26,318 nt of DNA from a virus (taxonomy: Duplodnaviria; Caudoviricetes). The first letter of the stretch is position 1; each line of letters begins with the position of its first letter. Shown piece by piece: positions 7,578-18,200 of the stretch. The position numbers were made by a program, and so were the translations under genes. The notes under the pieces were generated by a model. The model searched no databases. It was not told the DNA's origin and saw only the letters and a program-made list of their open reading frames with translations. The stretch lies in the IMG/VR virus record IMGVR_UViG_3300017914_001091, positions 1 through 26,318 of that record; one strand, written 5' to 3'.

Positions 7578-10013
7578 ATGACAATTAAACCACGCTTCCA
7601 AGGCGGTAGTGGCTTTCCTAATCAGTTTGCCCCCGACATTGAAAAACAATCAATGGAGTATGGTCTTAAAGTAGGCCGTGCTATTGAGTCAGAATGGTTT
7701 TCAAAAGACTACAACAGCTCACTACATGGCGAACTACGTTCGGAGTTTCAACTTCGTAGATTATATGCAAAAGGCAATCAGCCAATTGACAAGTATAAAA
7801 ATGAACTCTCTATTAACGGAGACCTCAGCTATTTGAACTTAGATTGGACACCTGTGCCGATTGTACCAAAGTTTGTTGATATCGTAGTAAACGGTATATC
7901 TAACAGACTCTTTGACGTAAAGGCTGAGGCTGTTGACGTTATGTCAAGTCAAGAGAGAATGATTTTCCGTGAAGAGCTTGAGGCAGATATGATTGCAAAG
8001 CCAATCTTAAAGGTTTTCAAGCAGAATAATGATGTAGATGCATTCAACTTTCAAGAGGATATAGTTCCTGATACGCAAGAGGAATTAGACCTCTACATGA
8101 AGTTACATTATAAGCAAGGTATTGAGGTGGCGCAGGAAACTGCAATCACCAACATCCTTGAGTATAACGATTACGAAGAAACAAAACGCAGACTTGACGA
8201 AGACCAAGCGGTCTTGGGTATGAGTGTTGCGAAGCATCAGTTTGATACTCATGACGGTATCCGAATTGAATATGTCGACCCTGTGGACTTTGTGTATAGT
8301 CCAACAGAAGACCCATCGTTTAGAGATTGTTATTACTTCGGAGAGGTAAAAACAGTTCATGTAAACGAATTGAAAAAGATTAATCCATCTCTGACTCAAG
8401 AAGACCTCGAGGATATAGCAAAGCTTGCGAGCAGGTATGATGGTTACAGAAGCACGATAAACCAAACCACAGTGGGCGGAATGGATAAAGCTCAGGTTAG
8501 TCTTTTGTACTTCTGTTATAAAACTGACAAGGAGATTGTCTACAAAGTAAAGGATGCCGCAAACGGTGCTAAAAAGGCTTTGCGTAAAGACGACACATTC
8601 CAACCACCAAAGACTGACCAGGCTCGTTTCCAAAGAGTATCTCGTCGTATTGATGTTTGGTATGAAGGAGTGCTTGTTATGGGTACGCAAAAACTATTGA
8701 AGTGGGAATTGATGAAAAATATGGTGCGTCCTGAATCAGCGTTCCAGAAAACAATCCCACCATACATTGTTTCAGCTATGAAGATGAGCAAAGGTAGTAT
8801 CGACTCTCTTGTTAAGAGAATGATGCCTTTTGCTGACCAAATACAACTTGTTCATTTGAAACTACAACAAGTCGTAGCCAAGATGATTCCAGACGGTGTG
8901 TTCATTGATGCCGATGGTTTGAACTCTGTTGACTTAGGAAACGGTGCTTCATACAACCCGTCAGAGGCGTTGGCAATGTATTTCCAAACTGGTTCTGTTG
9001 TAGGGCGTTCATATACTGAAGATGGTGAGTTCAATAACGCTCGTGTTCCGATTCAAGAATTAACAAGTAGTGGTTCTAACGCAAAGATTTCAAGTTTGAT
9101 TTCTATGTACAACTACAACTTGAATATGATGCGTGCGGCTACAGGTCTCAACGAAGCTCGTGATGGTAGCACACCTGACCAATATGCATTGCTTGGTGTA
9201 CAAAAACTTGCAGCTTTGAATAGTAACACTGCTACAAGACACGTAGTACAGTCGGGTATCAATTTAACTCGTCGTTTGTGTGAGGCTGTTTCATACCGCA
9301 TATCTGATGTTTTGGAGTACGCTCCGTTTGCTGAAGACTTTGCCCGTATGATTGGTCGTAACAACCTGACCATTCTGAATGATATTAGAACAATGCATTT
9401 GCATGACTTTGGTGTTTATGTTGATTTAGAACCTGATGAAGAAGAAAAGCAGGTGCTGGAGCAGAATATTCAGTTGTCTTTACAGGCTAATATGATTGGT
9501 CTTGAGGACGCTATTGATATTCGTGCTATTAGAAATATCACTCTTGCAAATACACTTCTGAAGATTCGCAAGTTCAAGAAAGAAAAAATGGACTTGGAGA
9601 AACAGCGCATGAACATTGAAATGCAAACACAGTCAAACATTAAGTCTGCACAAGCTGCTTCACAGGGTAGAATGCAAGAAGACGAAATGAAACTGAAAGT
9701 AGAGCAGCAGTTAGCGCAAATCAAGAGCCAAGCGGAAATGCAAAAAATGCAACAGCAAGCGCAGATTGATGCTGAAATGCTGAAGATGAAGTATCAGTAT
9801 GAGATGCAGTTGAAGCAGATGGATGTTTCTAATGTTCAAAACAGAGATGCGTTCAAGGAAGACCGTAAGGATAAAAGAACAGAGATTCAGGCTTCACAGC
9901 AAAGTGAATTGATTGCTCAAAGAAAACAAGACTTACCTCCAAAAGATTTTGAGGAAAAAGAAGCTGAAAACATGGGATTAGAGCAAATCATACAGCAGCA
10001 AAAGCTACTCTAA
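7578..10013 (+). CDS. Portal protein
   Basis: About 810 aa between terL and scaffold/capsid. Contains YLNLDWTPVPIVPKFVDIVVNG and IEYVDPVDFVYS, plus a long Gln/Met-rich C-terminal coiled coil as in P22-type portal barrels. Start is ATG 7578 or GTG 7572. Confidence 0.85.
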   Translation: MTIKPRFQGGSGFPNQFAPDIEKQSMEYGLKVGRAIESEWFSKDYNSSLHGELRSEFQLRRLYAKGNQPIDKYKNELSINGDLSYLNLDWTPVPIVPKFVDIVVNGISNRLFDVKAEAVDVMSSQERMIFREELEADMIAKPILKVFKQNNDVDAFNFQEDIVPDTQEELDLYMKLHYKQGIEVAQETAITNILEYNDYEETKRRLDEDQAVLGMSVAKHQFDTHDGIRIEYVDPVDFVYSPTEDPSFRDCYYFGEVKTVHVNELKKINPSLTQEDLEDIAKLASRYDGYRSTINQTTVGGMDKAQVSLLYFCYKTDKEIVYKVKDAANGAKKALRKDDTFQPPKTDQARFQRVSRRIDVWYEGVLVMGTQKLLKWELMKNMVRPESAFQKTIPPYIVSAMKMSKGSIDSLVKRMMPFADQIQLVHLKLQQVVAKMIPDGVFIDADGLNSVDLGNGASYNPSEALAMYFQTGSVVGRSYTEDGEFNNARVPIQELTSSGSNAKISSLISMYNYNLNMMRAATGLNEARDGSTPDQYALLGVQKLAALNSNTATRHVVQSGINLTRRLCEAVSYRISDVLEYAPFAEDFARMIGRNNLTILNDIRTMHLHDFGVYVDLEPDEEEKQVLEQNIQLSLQANMIGLEDAIDIRAIRNITLANTLLKIRKFKKEKMDLEKQRMNIEMQTQSNIKSAQAASQGRMQEDEMKLKVEQQLAQIKSQAEMQKMQQQAQIDAEMLKMKYQYEMQLKQMDVSNVQNRDAFKEDRKDKRTEIQASQQSELIAQRKQDLPPKDFEEKEAENMGLEQIIQQQKLL

Positions 10014-10020
10014 TATTTAC

Positions 10021-10028
10021 TAATTTTG
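10021..10028 (+). promoter_or_regulatory. Bacteroidota -7 promoter box (TAATTTTG) upstream of scaffold-capsid
   Basis: TAnnTTTG match in the 36-nt intergenic gap, 21 nt before ATG 10050. Confidence 0.6.
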
Positions 10029-10049
10029 TAACAAATCAAATTTAATCAT

Positions 10050-11204
10050 ATGGAAGGCACTGAAAAACAAGGTGCTGAAGTTGACTACAAAGTCAACATT
10101 AGCAATCCGCCGCAAGCGGAACAGACACAGCCAGAAGAAGCCCCAGAGGTACAAACTGAAGAGCAGGTACAAGCTGAGGGTAACGAAGAGCAAGTTCAAG
10201 AGCAGGCAGAACAACCGCAAGCTGAAGAACAAGCTCCACAAGAGCCACAACAACAGGAAACTGCTGAGGAGGCTCCTGCGATGTCAAGGGAAGAACTGTT
10301 CAATCAGTTACTTCAAACGAAGTACAATATTGGAGCAGACGAACTTGAAAACGTTCTTACAAATAGTACACAAGCTCAAGAGTTGCCCGAGGAAGTGAAG
10401 GCGTACATGGAGTATCATAAAGAGACCAAGCGAGGTCTGAATGATTACTTGCGTTTACAACAAGACTTTTCTCAGGTTCCAGACTCACAGTTATTGAGAG
10501 AGTATTACAAACAAACCAAGCAAGGTTTGGATGACAATGATGTCAATGCTCTTTTGGACTTGAAGTTTGGATACGATGAAGGTGCAGAGCAATCTGTAAT
10601 CACATCAAAGACGATTGAGATGAAAGAAGAATTGTTTAAAGCAAAACAGTTTTTTGAAGGTCAGAAGGAAAAATACAAGAAGCCGCTTGAGTCAAGCACT
10701 GCTTCTGTTTCTGAAGAACAACAAAAGGCTGTTGAGTTTTACAATAAATACAGGGAAGAGCAGACGGCTCAAGAAGCTCGACAGCAGCGTTCACGTGAGT
10801 CTTTCAGCAAGAAGACACAGTCTTACTTCAATGACGATTTCAAAGGTTTTGAATTTAAAGTCGGAGATGATAAGTTACTCTTCAAGCCAAAAGACATCCA
10901 GACAACCAAGAGGAACCAAAGCGATTTGGTAAATTTTGTAAATCAACACACCGACGCGAATGGAGAGTTAATTGACGCTCAGAAGTATCATACAGCTCTG
11001 TCTATGGCAATGAATCCCGAAGCGTACGCCAAGTTCTTTTATGAGCAAGGTCGTTCGAGTGCTGTTAACTCAGTAGTAACGGAGGGTAAAAACATAGACA
11101 TGGATGTAAGGTCTTCGGTTCAATCTTCTCAGCCTCAACCAAAGTTCAGAGTATTGGATAGCCAATCTCCGTTTTTTGAGGGGCTAAAGATTAAAAAACG
11201 TTAA
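10050..11204 (+). CDS. Probable capsid scaffolding protein
   Basis: Lies between portal and capsid genes. Very acidic, Q/E/P-rich disordered N-terminus, helical core and basic C-terminal tip (GLKIKKR), as is typical of scaffolds. Confidence 0.65.
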   Translation: MEGTEKQGAEVDYKVNISNPPQAEQTQPEEAPEVQTEEQVQAEGNEEQVQEQAEQPQAEEQAPQEPQQQETAEEAPAMSREELFNQLLQTKYNIGADELENVLTNSTQAQELPEEVKAYMEYHKETKRGLNDYLRLQQDFSQVPDSQLLREYYKQTKQGLDDNDVNALLDLKFGYDEGAEQSVITSKTIEMKEELFKAKQFFEGQKEKYKKPLESSTASVSEEQQKAVEFYNKYREEQTAQEARQQRSRESFSKKTQSYFNDDFKGFEFKVGDDKLLFKPKDIQTTKRNQSDLVNFVNQHTDANGELIDAQKYHTALSMAMNPEAYAKFFYEQGRSSAVNSVVTEGKNIDMDVRSSVQSSQPQPKFRVLDSQSPFFEGLKIKKR

Positions 11205-11223
11205 GCCTTAAAAACAAATTACA

Positions 11224-12636
11224 ATGGCACAAACTTTATCATTCGGTTCGGGTGCAGGTAGTATCGGCGGTTCTACTTCGTTCACACCAGCTCCAGACCA
11301 AAAATTAGCTAACGAAAACTTCTTGGGAAGTTCTTCGTACACTTTCGCACAGCAGTATCTACCTGATTTGTACGAAAAAGAATTCGAGCGTTACGGAAAC
11401 CGTTCTATCGCATCTTTCTTGCGTATGGTATCTGCAGAGCTTCCATGTCAGTCTGACTTGATTAAGTGGAGTGAGCAAGGTCGTCTACACGTACGTGCAA
11501 CAGGTGCTATCAACGGTACTAACGGTATCGACAGTGGCTCAGGTACAGGTATGGACGGACACAACTTCCGTGTAAACCAAACTGTAGTTATCATCAACAC
11601 TTCTTCTGCTCGTAAGGGTAAGGAATTGAAAGCGTTGATTACTGCTGTCGCTACTGACTCTATCACTGTAGAGCCTTACGACCGTGCAGAATTGACAACT
11701 ACTGCTGCTGACTTTACTGATAACGATACAGTTGAATTGTTCGTTTACGGTTCTGAGTTCGCAAAAGGAACTGCAGGTATGGACAAGTCTCTTGAGGCTG
11801 GTTTCTTGAGCAAAGAAAACAACCCTATCATCATCAAAGACACTTACGAAGTAAGCGGTTCAGAGATGGCGCACATCGGTTGGGTTGAAGTTGCTACAGA
11901 AAACGGAGCATCAGGATACCTATGGTACTTGAAGTCTGAGCACGAGACTCGTCTACGTTTCGAAGACTACTTGGAAATGTCAATGATTGAAGGTGAGCCT
12001 GCTGCATCTGGTTCAGGTGTTGCTGCACTTTCTACTGACTACAAGGGTACAAAAGGTTTGTTCTACGAAGTAGAAAACAACGGTAACACTTCTTCTGGTA
12101 CTATCACTGACCGTGATGACCTTGAGCAGTTTGCTAAAGTACTTGACAAGGAAGGTGCAATCCAAGAAAACGTATTGTTCGTAAACCGTGCTACAAGCTT
12201 CGATATCGATGCAGTATTGGCAGCACAAAACAACAGTGGTGCTTCTACAAGCTCTTACGGTTTGTTCGACAACGACGAAGAAATGGCATTGAACTTAGGT
12301 TTCACAGGATTCCGTATCGGTTACGACTTCTACAAGTCTGACTGGAAATACTTGAACGACGCTACTACTCGTGGTGGTGATAGCTCAATCGACGGTATCA
12401 TGGTTCCTGCAGGTACTACTACAGTATACGACCAAGTATTGGGTGAGAACGCTAAGCGTCCATTCCTACACGTTCGTTACCGTCAGTCTCCTATGGAAGA
12501 CCGTAAGTACAAGTCTTGGGTAGTTGGTTCTGCAGGTGGTGCAGCGACAACTGACAAGGATAACATGGAAGTACACTTCTTATCAGAGCGTGCACTTTGT
12601 GTTATGGGTGCTAACAACTTCATCTTGTTGAAGTAA
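11224..12636 (+). CDS. Major capsid protein
   Basis: 470 aa following the scaffold, with motif AQQYLPDLYEKEFERYGNRSI. Strongly biased codon use (AAC, TTC, ATC, CGT, GGT) suggests very high expression. Followed by a strong terminator. Confidence 0.85.
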   Translation: MAQTLSFGSGAGSIGGSTSFTPAPDQKLANENFLGSSSYTFAQQYLPDLYEKEFERYGNRSIASFLRMVSAELPCQSDLIKWSEQGRLHVRATGAINGTNGIDSGSGTGMDGHNFRVNQTVVIINTSSARKGKELKALITAVATDSITVEPYDRAELTTTAADFTDNDTVELFVYGSEFAKGTAGMDKSLEAGFLSKENNPIIIKDTYEVSGSEMAHIGWVEVATENGASGYLWYLKSEHETRLRFEDYLEMSMIEGEPAASGSGVAALSTDYKGTKGLFYEVENNGNTSSGTITDRDDLEQFAKVLDKEGAIQENVLFVNRATSFDIDAVLAAQNNSGASTSSYGLFDNDEEMALNLGFTGFRIGYDFYKSDWKYLNDATTRGGDSSIDGIMVPAGTTTVYDQVLGENAKRPFLHVRYRQSPMEDRKYKSWVVGSAGGAATTDKDNMEVHFLSERALCVMGANNFILLK

Positions 12637-12643
12637 TATTTTT

Positions 12644-12681
12644 AGAGAGTCCTCGCCTTCGGGCGGGGCATCTCTTTTTTT
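12644..12681 (+). terminator. Rho-independent terminator with C(UUCG)G tetraloop after the capsid gene
   Basis: AGAGAGTCCTCGCC-TTCG-GGCGGGGCATCTCT followed by a T-run. Confidence 0.9.
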
Positions 12682-12702
12682 AATCAAATTAAATCATATA
12701 TA

Positions 12703-13485
12703 ATGGCAGCAAAAGCTAAATCCGTTAGCGGATATGCGGGTGTACTACCCGATTTCAAACAGAAAACTCGTGTCTTTATCTTGACACAGAAAACAACTCC
12801 TCTGCGTTTCATGCTACAAACAAAGCATCACGCAAGAAAACCACTTACATTTTTTGATGGTCAGTTGAATAGAGCGCTACGATACGCTTCTAATCAAGTG
12901 TCTCCATTTATCGATGAGCAGGATGGCTATGCTACTCTTGAGCCAATCGTTTTCCAAGACGGAAAGTTGATTGTAGAGGACTGGCAAGTAAACTTGCAGA
13001 AGTTCTTGATGATTCACCCACACTTTGGGACGAAGTTCATTGAGTTCGATAAAGAGGCAACAGCACAAGAAAGCTACGAGCAAATGAATCGTGAGCTTGA
13101 GGCACAGATTGCCGTCAAGAATATGGGTATTGACGAACTTGAGGCCGTTGCACGTGTAGCACTCAAGGGAACTAAGTCAAATGTATCTGAGATGACTTCT
13201 GCTGAATTACGCAGAGATATGCTCATTTATGCTAAGAACAACCCATCTGAAATCTTCTCTTTGCTTGAAGATGAAAACATCAAGCTTCGTAACATTGCGG
13301 TACGTGCGGTAGAAATGAATGTATTGCACATCAAAGAAGACCAGCGTACAGTAACATGGGCTAAAGATAAACGTCAGAAAATCATGACGGCACCGTATGG
13401 GGAAAATGTATATAGTGCGTTAGCAGCATACTTCAAGACCGATGAAGGTCTGGACACAATGCAAAAAATTGTTAACTTGCTATAG
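12703..13485 (+). CDS. Hypothetical phage protein, 260 aa (post-capsid, probably head-associated or assembly protein)
   Basis: Clean ORF with an AT-rich leader, between two terminators. Function is positional inference only. Confidence 0.75.
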   Translation: MAAKAKSVSGYAGVLPDFKQKTRVFILTQKTTPLRFMLQTKHHARKPLTFFDGQLNRALRYASNQVSPFIDEQDGYATLEPIVFQDGKLIVEDWQVNLQKFLMIHPHFGTKFIEFDKEATAQESYEQMNRELEAQIAVKNMGIDELEAVARVALKGTKSNVSEMTSAELRRDMLIYAKNNPSEIFSLLEDENIKLRNIAVRAVEMNVLHIKEDQRTVTWAKDKRQKIMTAPYGENVYSALAAYFKTDEGLDTMQKIVNLL

Positions 13486-13521
13486 GACTCATGGTGTAGT
13501 GATTAACACTACGTGTTAGAG

Positions 13522-13552
13522 AAGGGGGCGCGGATTGCGCCCTCTTTTTTTT
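13522..13552 (+). terminator. Rho-independent terminator
   Basis: AAGGGGGCGC-GGATT-GCGCCCTCTT stem-loop with a T8 tract. Confidence 0.85.
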
Positions 13553-13553
13553 G

Positions 13554-13561
13554 TATTTTTG
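13554..13561 (+). promoter_or_regulatory. Bacteroidota -7 promoter box (TATTTTTG) restarting transcription for the tail genes
   Basis: TAnnTTTG match immediately after the terminator and 15 nt before ATG 13577. Confidence 0.5.
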
Positions 13562-13576
13562 TTTAAAATATATCCC

Positions 13577-14320
13577 ATGATTAACAGCGTAAGAAATACC
13601 GTAATGTTCTTGCTAAACAAGGACAACAGAGGGTATTTAGCTCCATCTGAATTTGACTACTTTGCAAAGCAGGCTCAGTTAGAGATATTCGAAGGATATT
13701 TTGCGGACTACGCCTTTGCTGTCAGAAAGCAGAATTCTCGCGCTCAGGCGCTCAGCTATGGCGATGGGCCTATGCATATTCAAAACAAGATTGACATCTT
13801 CACTAAAAGCGGAACACTTGAGTATACAGATGTAAACTCTGTCAGTGTTGGTGGCGAGGAAGATTACTTTAATGTTCCTTCGGATTTCTACAAGCTTATC
13901 AATGTCACCTATGGTGGCTTGGTTGTGCAAGAAGTTCAAAAGCACAAGTTTGATATGCTGGTAGATAGCAATCTAACAGCTCCATCTAAAACATATCCTA
14001 TCTACAAGAGAGAAGGAAATAAATTGTTTGTGCGTCCTACAAGCATCAATTATACAGCATCGACACCACAAAGCGGTGAGGTAGCGGTAAAGATGAACTA
14101 CATCAGAAAACCAGAAGACCCGCACTGGGGATATAAAACTATTGGCGGTGACCCTGTTTATAATTCTGATAGCAGCACGGATTTTGAAATCCCGATGTCT
14201 GACGAAACAGAGTTGGTGATTAAAATTGCACGTTTAGCAGGTCTGAATATTAGAGAAAAAGATGTTATTGCTGTAACAAATGCGTTAGAGCAAGCGGACA
14301 TTCAACAAGAAAATAAATAA
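13577..14320 (+). CDS. Structural protein, probable head-tail connector / tail ring (tubular) protein, 247 aa
   Basis: The true start is most likely ATG 13577 (MINSVRNTV); the track's TTG 13535 is inside the terminator. N-terminal helical pair (LNKDNRGYLAPSEFDYFAKQAQLEIF) and YIRKP motif fit podoviral adaptor/ring proteins; synteny agrees. Confidence 0.6.
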   Translation: MINSVRNTVMFLLNKDNRGYLAPSEFDYFAKQAQLEIFEGYFADYAFAVRKQNSRAQALSYGDGPMHIQNKIDIFTKSGTLEYTDVNSVSVGGEEDYFNVPSDFYKLINVTYGGLVVQEVQKHKFDMLVDSNLTAPSKTYPIYKREGNKLFVRPTSINYTASTPQSGEVAVKMNYIRKPEDPHWGYKTIGGDPVYNSDSSTDFEIPMSDETELVIKIARLAGLNIREKDVIAVTNALEQADIQQENK

Positions 14321-14322
14321 GC

Positions 14323-15210
14323 ATGGCAAAAGTTGGTGTAGACATTACACAAAGAGAGTATTATTCAAACAATGGTACGGCACCCAAGAGCGAAAACTGG
14401 GGTACGTATCAGTATATGTTGTTGTCAGACATCATCAACAACTTCATGCTTTCATATGTGGGAGACGACAAGGTCATCAATAAGATTGACAGAAACGAAG
14501 TAATATTTCACGCGAAGCGTGGTTTGCAGGAGATTCATTATGATGCTCTTAGAGAGATTTCTGCAGCAGAATTTGAAGTTCCTGATACCCTCAAGCTTCA
14601 CCTTCCGCACGACTTTGTTGGTTTAGTAAAAATAGGATATGTAACCTCTGATGGCGCTGTCCGTCCCATAATGCCAACGGATGATACTGCTACTCCTATA
14701 TCTTACTTACAAGACAACACAGCCGAGGCTGAGGTCTTGATGGACAGCGGAAACAACGCTCTTACAGGTACACCTATAGTAGAAGAAAACTGGGCTGGAG
14801 CAAAAGCAGAAAGCTTGAGTTCACCTGACAGAGCTTCTTTAGGCAAGAGATTTGGTTTAGAAACAAGCAAAGCTAACTTTAACGGCATGTACCACCTTGA
14901 CAAGAATCAAGGGTTTATTATGTTTAGTAGCAATCTTGCAGCAAAGCAAGTGGTTATTGAATATGTTACTGACGGTATGTATGGTCTTGCTGAGAACGAA
15001 ATCAAGCTCAACAAGATGGCAGAGACGTTTATGTACAACTACATCACTTCAGCTATCCTAAATTCTAAGTTTGGAGTGCAAGAGTACATTGTGCGTCGTG
15101 CTAAGAAAGAGATGTCGGCATCTCTTCGTAACTTAAAAATTAGAATGCAAGGACTACGTTTGAGAGAGATTACACAGCTCTTAAGAGGTAGAGACAAGTG
15201 GATAAAGTAG
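14323..15210 (+). CDS. Structural protein, probable tail ring/adaptor protein, 295 aa
   Basis: Lies between the connector and stabilization genes. LPHDFVGLVKI motif resembles the previous gene's VPSDFYKLINV. Confidence 0.6.
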   Translation: MAKVGVDITQREYYSNNGTAPKSENWGTYQYMLLSDIINNFMLSYVGDDKVINKIDRNEVIFHAKRGLQEIHYDALREISAAEFEVPDTLKLHLPHDFVGLVKIGYVTSDGAVRPIMPTDDTATPISYLQDNTAEAEVLMDSGNNALTGTPIVEENWAGAKAESLSSPDRASLGKRFGLETSKANFNGMYHLDKNQGFIMFSSNLAAKQVVIEYVTDGMYGLAENEIKLNKMAETFMYNYITSAILNSKFGVQEYIVRRAKKEMSASLRNLKIRMQGLRLREITQLLRGRDKWIK

Positions 15211-15211
15211 T

Positions 15212-18200
15212 ATGCAGATAAAAAACATATTCAACAAGGGTCGTATGAACAAAGACGTCGATGAACGTCTTGTTCCAAATGGCGAGTATACTGACGCCCT
15301 AAACATCCGTGTGACCAACACAGATGATTCTGATTCTGGAACAGTACAGAATGAGAAGGGCAACACTAAGCTGACCCGTATCAATGTTTCAGGTAATCCA
15401 AGATGTATTGGCTCTGTATCTGATGAGGCGAATGAGCAGATTTACTGGTTCGTGGTTAATGACAGTGGTCATTCTTACGTCTTTGAGTATGATGCCGTAA
15501 ACGATGTCACCTCAACTGTACTTAGCGATACAAGAACAGGTAGCTCACAAGTATTAGGTTTTGACAAGCAGTACAAAATAACAGGTGCTAATGTGGTATA
15601 TAATAAAACCACTGATGAAACTCTCTTATTCTTTACGGACAACTTGAACCCACCACGTATGGTGAATGTCAATCGTGCGAAGGCGTATGGGTCGGGCAAC
15701 TTCGTTGAGGATGATATTAGCTTGTATAAAAAACCGCCTCGTAAAGCACCATCTGTATTAGGCTTTAATACAGCTACAGAGATTGAAAATGGTGTTGAAG
15801 ACCGTTTTTTTGCTTTTGCTTACAGATATAAGTACTTAGACAATCAGTATTCAGCTTTATCCTCTTTTACTTCCTATCAATTTACACCTGGCTTATATGA
15901 TGTAAATTTTTCTACGTTTGAGAACGAGGGAATGGTCAATCAGTTCAATGGATACAACATTACATACAACACTGGTGACAAGAGAGTTACGGATATTCAA
16001 CTTTGTTTCAAAAGCCCTTTATCGGGTGAGGTTTTCATCATCGACACGATAAATAAAAAAGAGAACGATTACATTGACGATGTTGAGAGAACGTATACGT
16101 TCATAAATAACAAGGTGTATCAAGCTCTGCCTGATGATGAATTGAACAGAATTTTTGACAATGTCCCTTTGAAGGCATTGGCTCAAGATGTTATTGAAGA
16201 TAGATTGGTCTTTGGTAACTACACTACACAATACGACATCAAGGAAAACGAGTCTGACGAGGGTACTATACCAGTAGACTATCAAGCTGAAGCTCTTTCC
16301 TACTCACGAACAGGTGAAGAGGGTACTTTTACAAGAGCGTCAAGTAACACTCAGATTAAACTGGATTTTAGTGGATTTGACCTTTTCAAGGGGTATAGAA
16401 TTAGCCTTTTCGCAGATTTAGAGTCTCCTTCAACTGGAAGCCCAGCGTACTTCAACGGTTCTTACAATACGGATATGTCTTTTGTGTTGTCACAGAATTA
16501 CGCTAACGCAACTGCTCTGTACAATTCAGATGATTTTACAGAGTTTTTGAAAGCTTTTTCTGCTGATTTTAAAAAGAATGTTAGCACGACAAGTCCAGCA
16601 AACACAGTGACTCCTATTACATACGGTAGTTTCACTAAAACAGCGGTCTCAGGAAATGTTATTACCATAACAGCCCCCGTAAACACGCACACCGTAGACA
16701 ATACACCCGCTGATTCTAATGACAACGATTTTACAGATAACACAGAAACGTTTACATGGAAAGATTCATCTGAATTTTACGTCTACGAATCTGCAAATAA
16801 CCTGTCGCTAAAAAGTAATAGGTCTTACGACTTTGGTATTGTATACCTTGATAAATACGGACGTTATTCTACGGTTATCATGAATAGTGATGACGATGGT
16901 AGTGACAAATCAAGCTTTTTTGTTCCTGTTCGAGACAGTATAAACATTAATAAAGCAAAGCTCACTATAAAGCATAAGGCTCCATATTGGGCGGACAGAT
17001 ATAAATTTTTTGTCAAGCAAAACAAAGGCCTACATTACAATATATACGGCTCCGTAAACTACGAAGAGGGTCAATATATGTGGGTGCTTTTGAACGGAAA
17101 CAACGCTCAAAAAGTTGAAGAAGGGATGACGTTGTTGGTTAAATCTGATGACAATGGGCCTTTGAATAACGTTGTGAAGGTTCAGGTTTTAGAGGTAACC
17201 ACGAAAAGCGGAGCAGATGCTCTGGAGGGTTCGGAAGGTTGGATTGACGGAAATGAAGACGCTGACGGTAATGCTATCAAGGAAGTCAATGGAACCTACA
17301 TGAAGATACGTCCTGCGGGTTTCACGTACGACTATAAGCCAGAAAACTACATTACTTATGAGGGTTCACAGACTGTAGGTATATGGAATCAACTTGGGCC
17401 GAATTCAAACGCAGGTTTAAGCGTAAAGCAGCAATATGCAAAAGTAAAAATGGACAACATATTGCAGAATTATGACGGCACAAACTATACAGATATAGAC
17501 CTCGAAGCTGGAGATTATATTACTATTAAAATGAATTCTCATAATCAGTTTGATACTGATGGTGACGAAATACACTCTTACGAAGCTCAGTTCATTCTCA
17601 AAAACGACTATCAGCACGCCTCGGGTGGCGTGAACGCATTGCATAAATGGCTTGAAGACGAAACCGCATGGAGTTATGACAGTAGCACTCAACTATGGAC
17701 AACTCCAAATGATGAGTTTACATGGAAATTTGAGACATTATCAGGTGGTAGTAGACGACTGACTGCAGAAACAACACAGGTCACACGCAGAAGAGATGGT
17801 AATGGGAAAATTAAAGTTGAGATTCGTATTCAGAAAAACCAAGGCATTGTTGTCTTTGAAACTGACCCAACGCAAGTAGACACGCCTATATATTACGAAA
17901 CAGAAGATGTATTTGACATTGTAAATGGTCTACACAAAGGAAACTTACAAGACCAAACTTCAAGTGTTGATGCTGAAGTTGAACTTACTTTTGGCAACTG
18001 TTTTAGTTTTGGTAATGGTGTTGAAAGTGTGTCGATTCGCGATTCACGCTTTGCGGAGTCATTGGCTATAGACCTACGACCAAACATCGCATTGACAGAT
18101 GGTTTCAAAGAGCAAACTGTAAAACACGGATTGATTTACAGCGGTTCTTTTAACGAAAACACCTTATACAACAGCTTGAATGAGTTCAACGCTTCTCGTG

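Noticed and set aside
8103-8690. 195-aa minus-strand ORF and the other minus-strand or alternate-frame ORFs in the track (e.g. 243-602, 10072-10398, 25690-26262)
   Set aside because: All lie within long, well-supported + strand genes and have unnatural composition. They are best explained as antisense or frame shadows of biased codon usage.
5329-12636. Introns or inteins in terminase, portal or capsid genes
   Set aside because: The ORFs are uninterrupted, and I saw no intein splice motifs (C...HN-C/S/T) or homing endonuclease signatures.
13485-13560. Complete tRNA gene
   Set aside because: Only a D-arm-like portion is present, with no anticodon stem, GTTC T-loop or matching 3' acceptor strand. 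Kept only as a low-interest finding.
13535-13576. Track's TTG starts at 13535 and 4283
   Set aside because: Both fall inside terminator hairpins and add Phe-rich junk from the T-tracts. The downstream ATGs (13577, 4301) are better.
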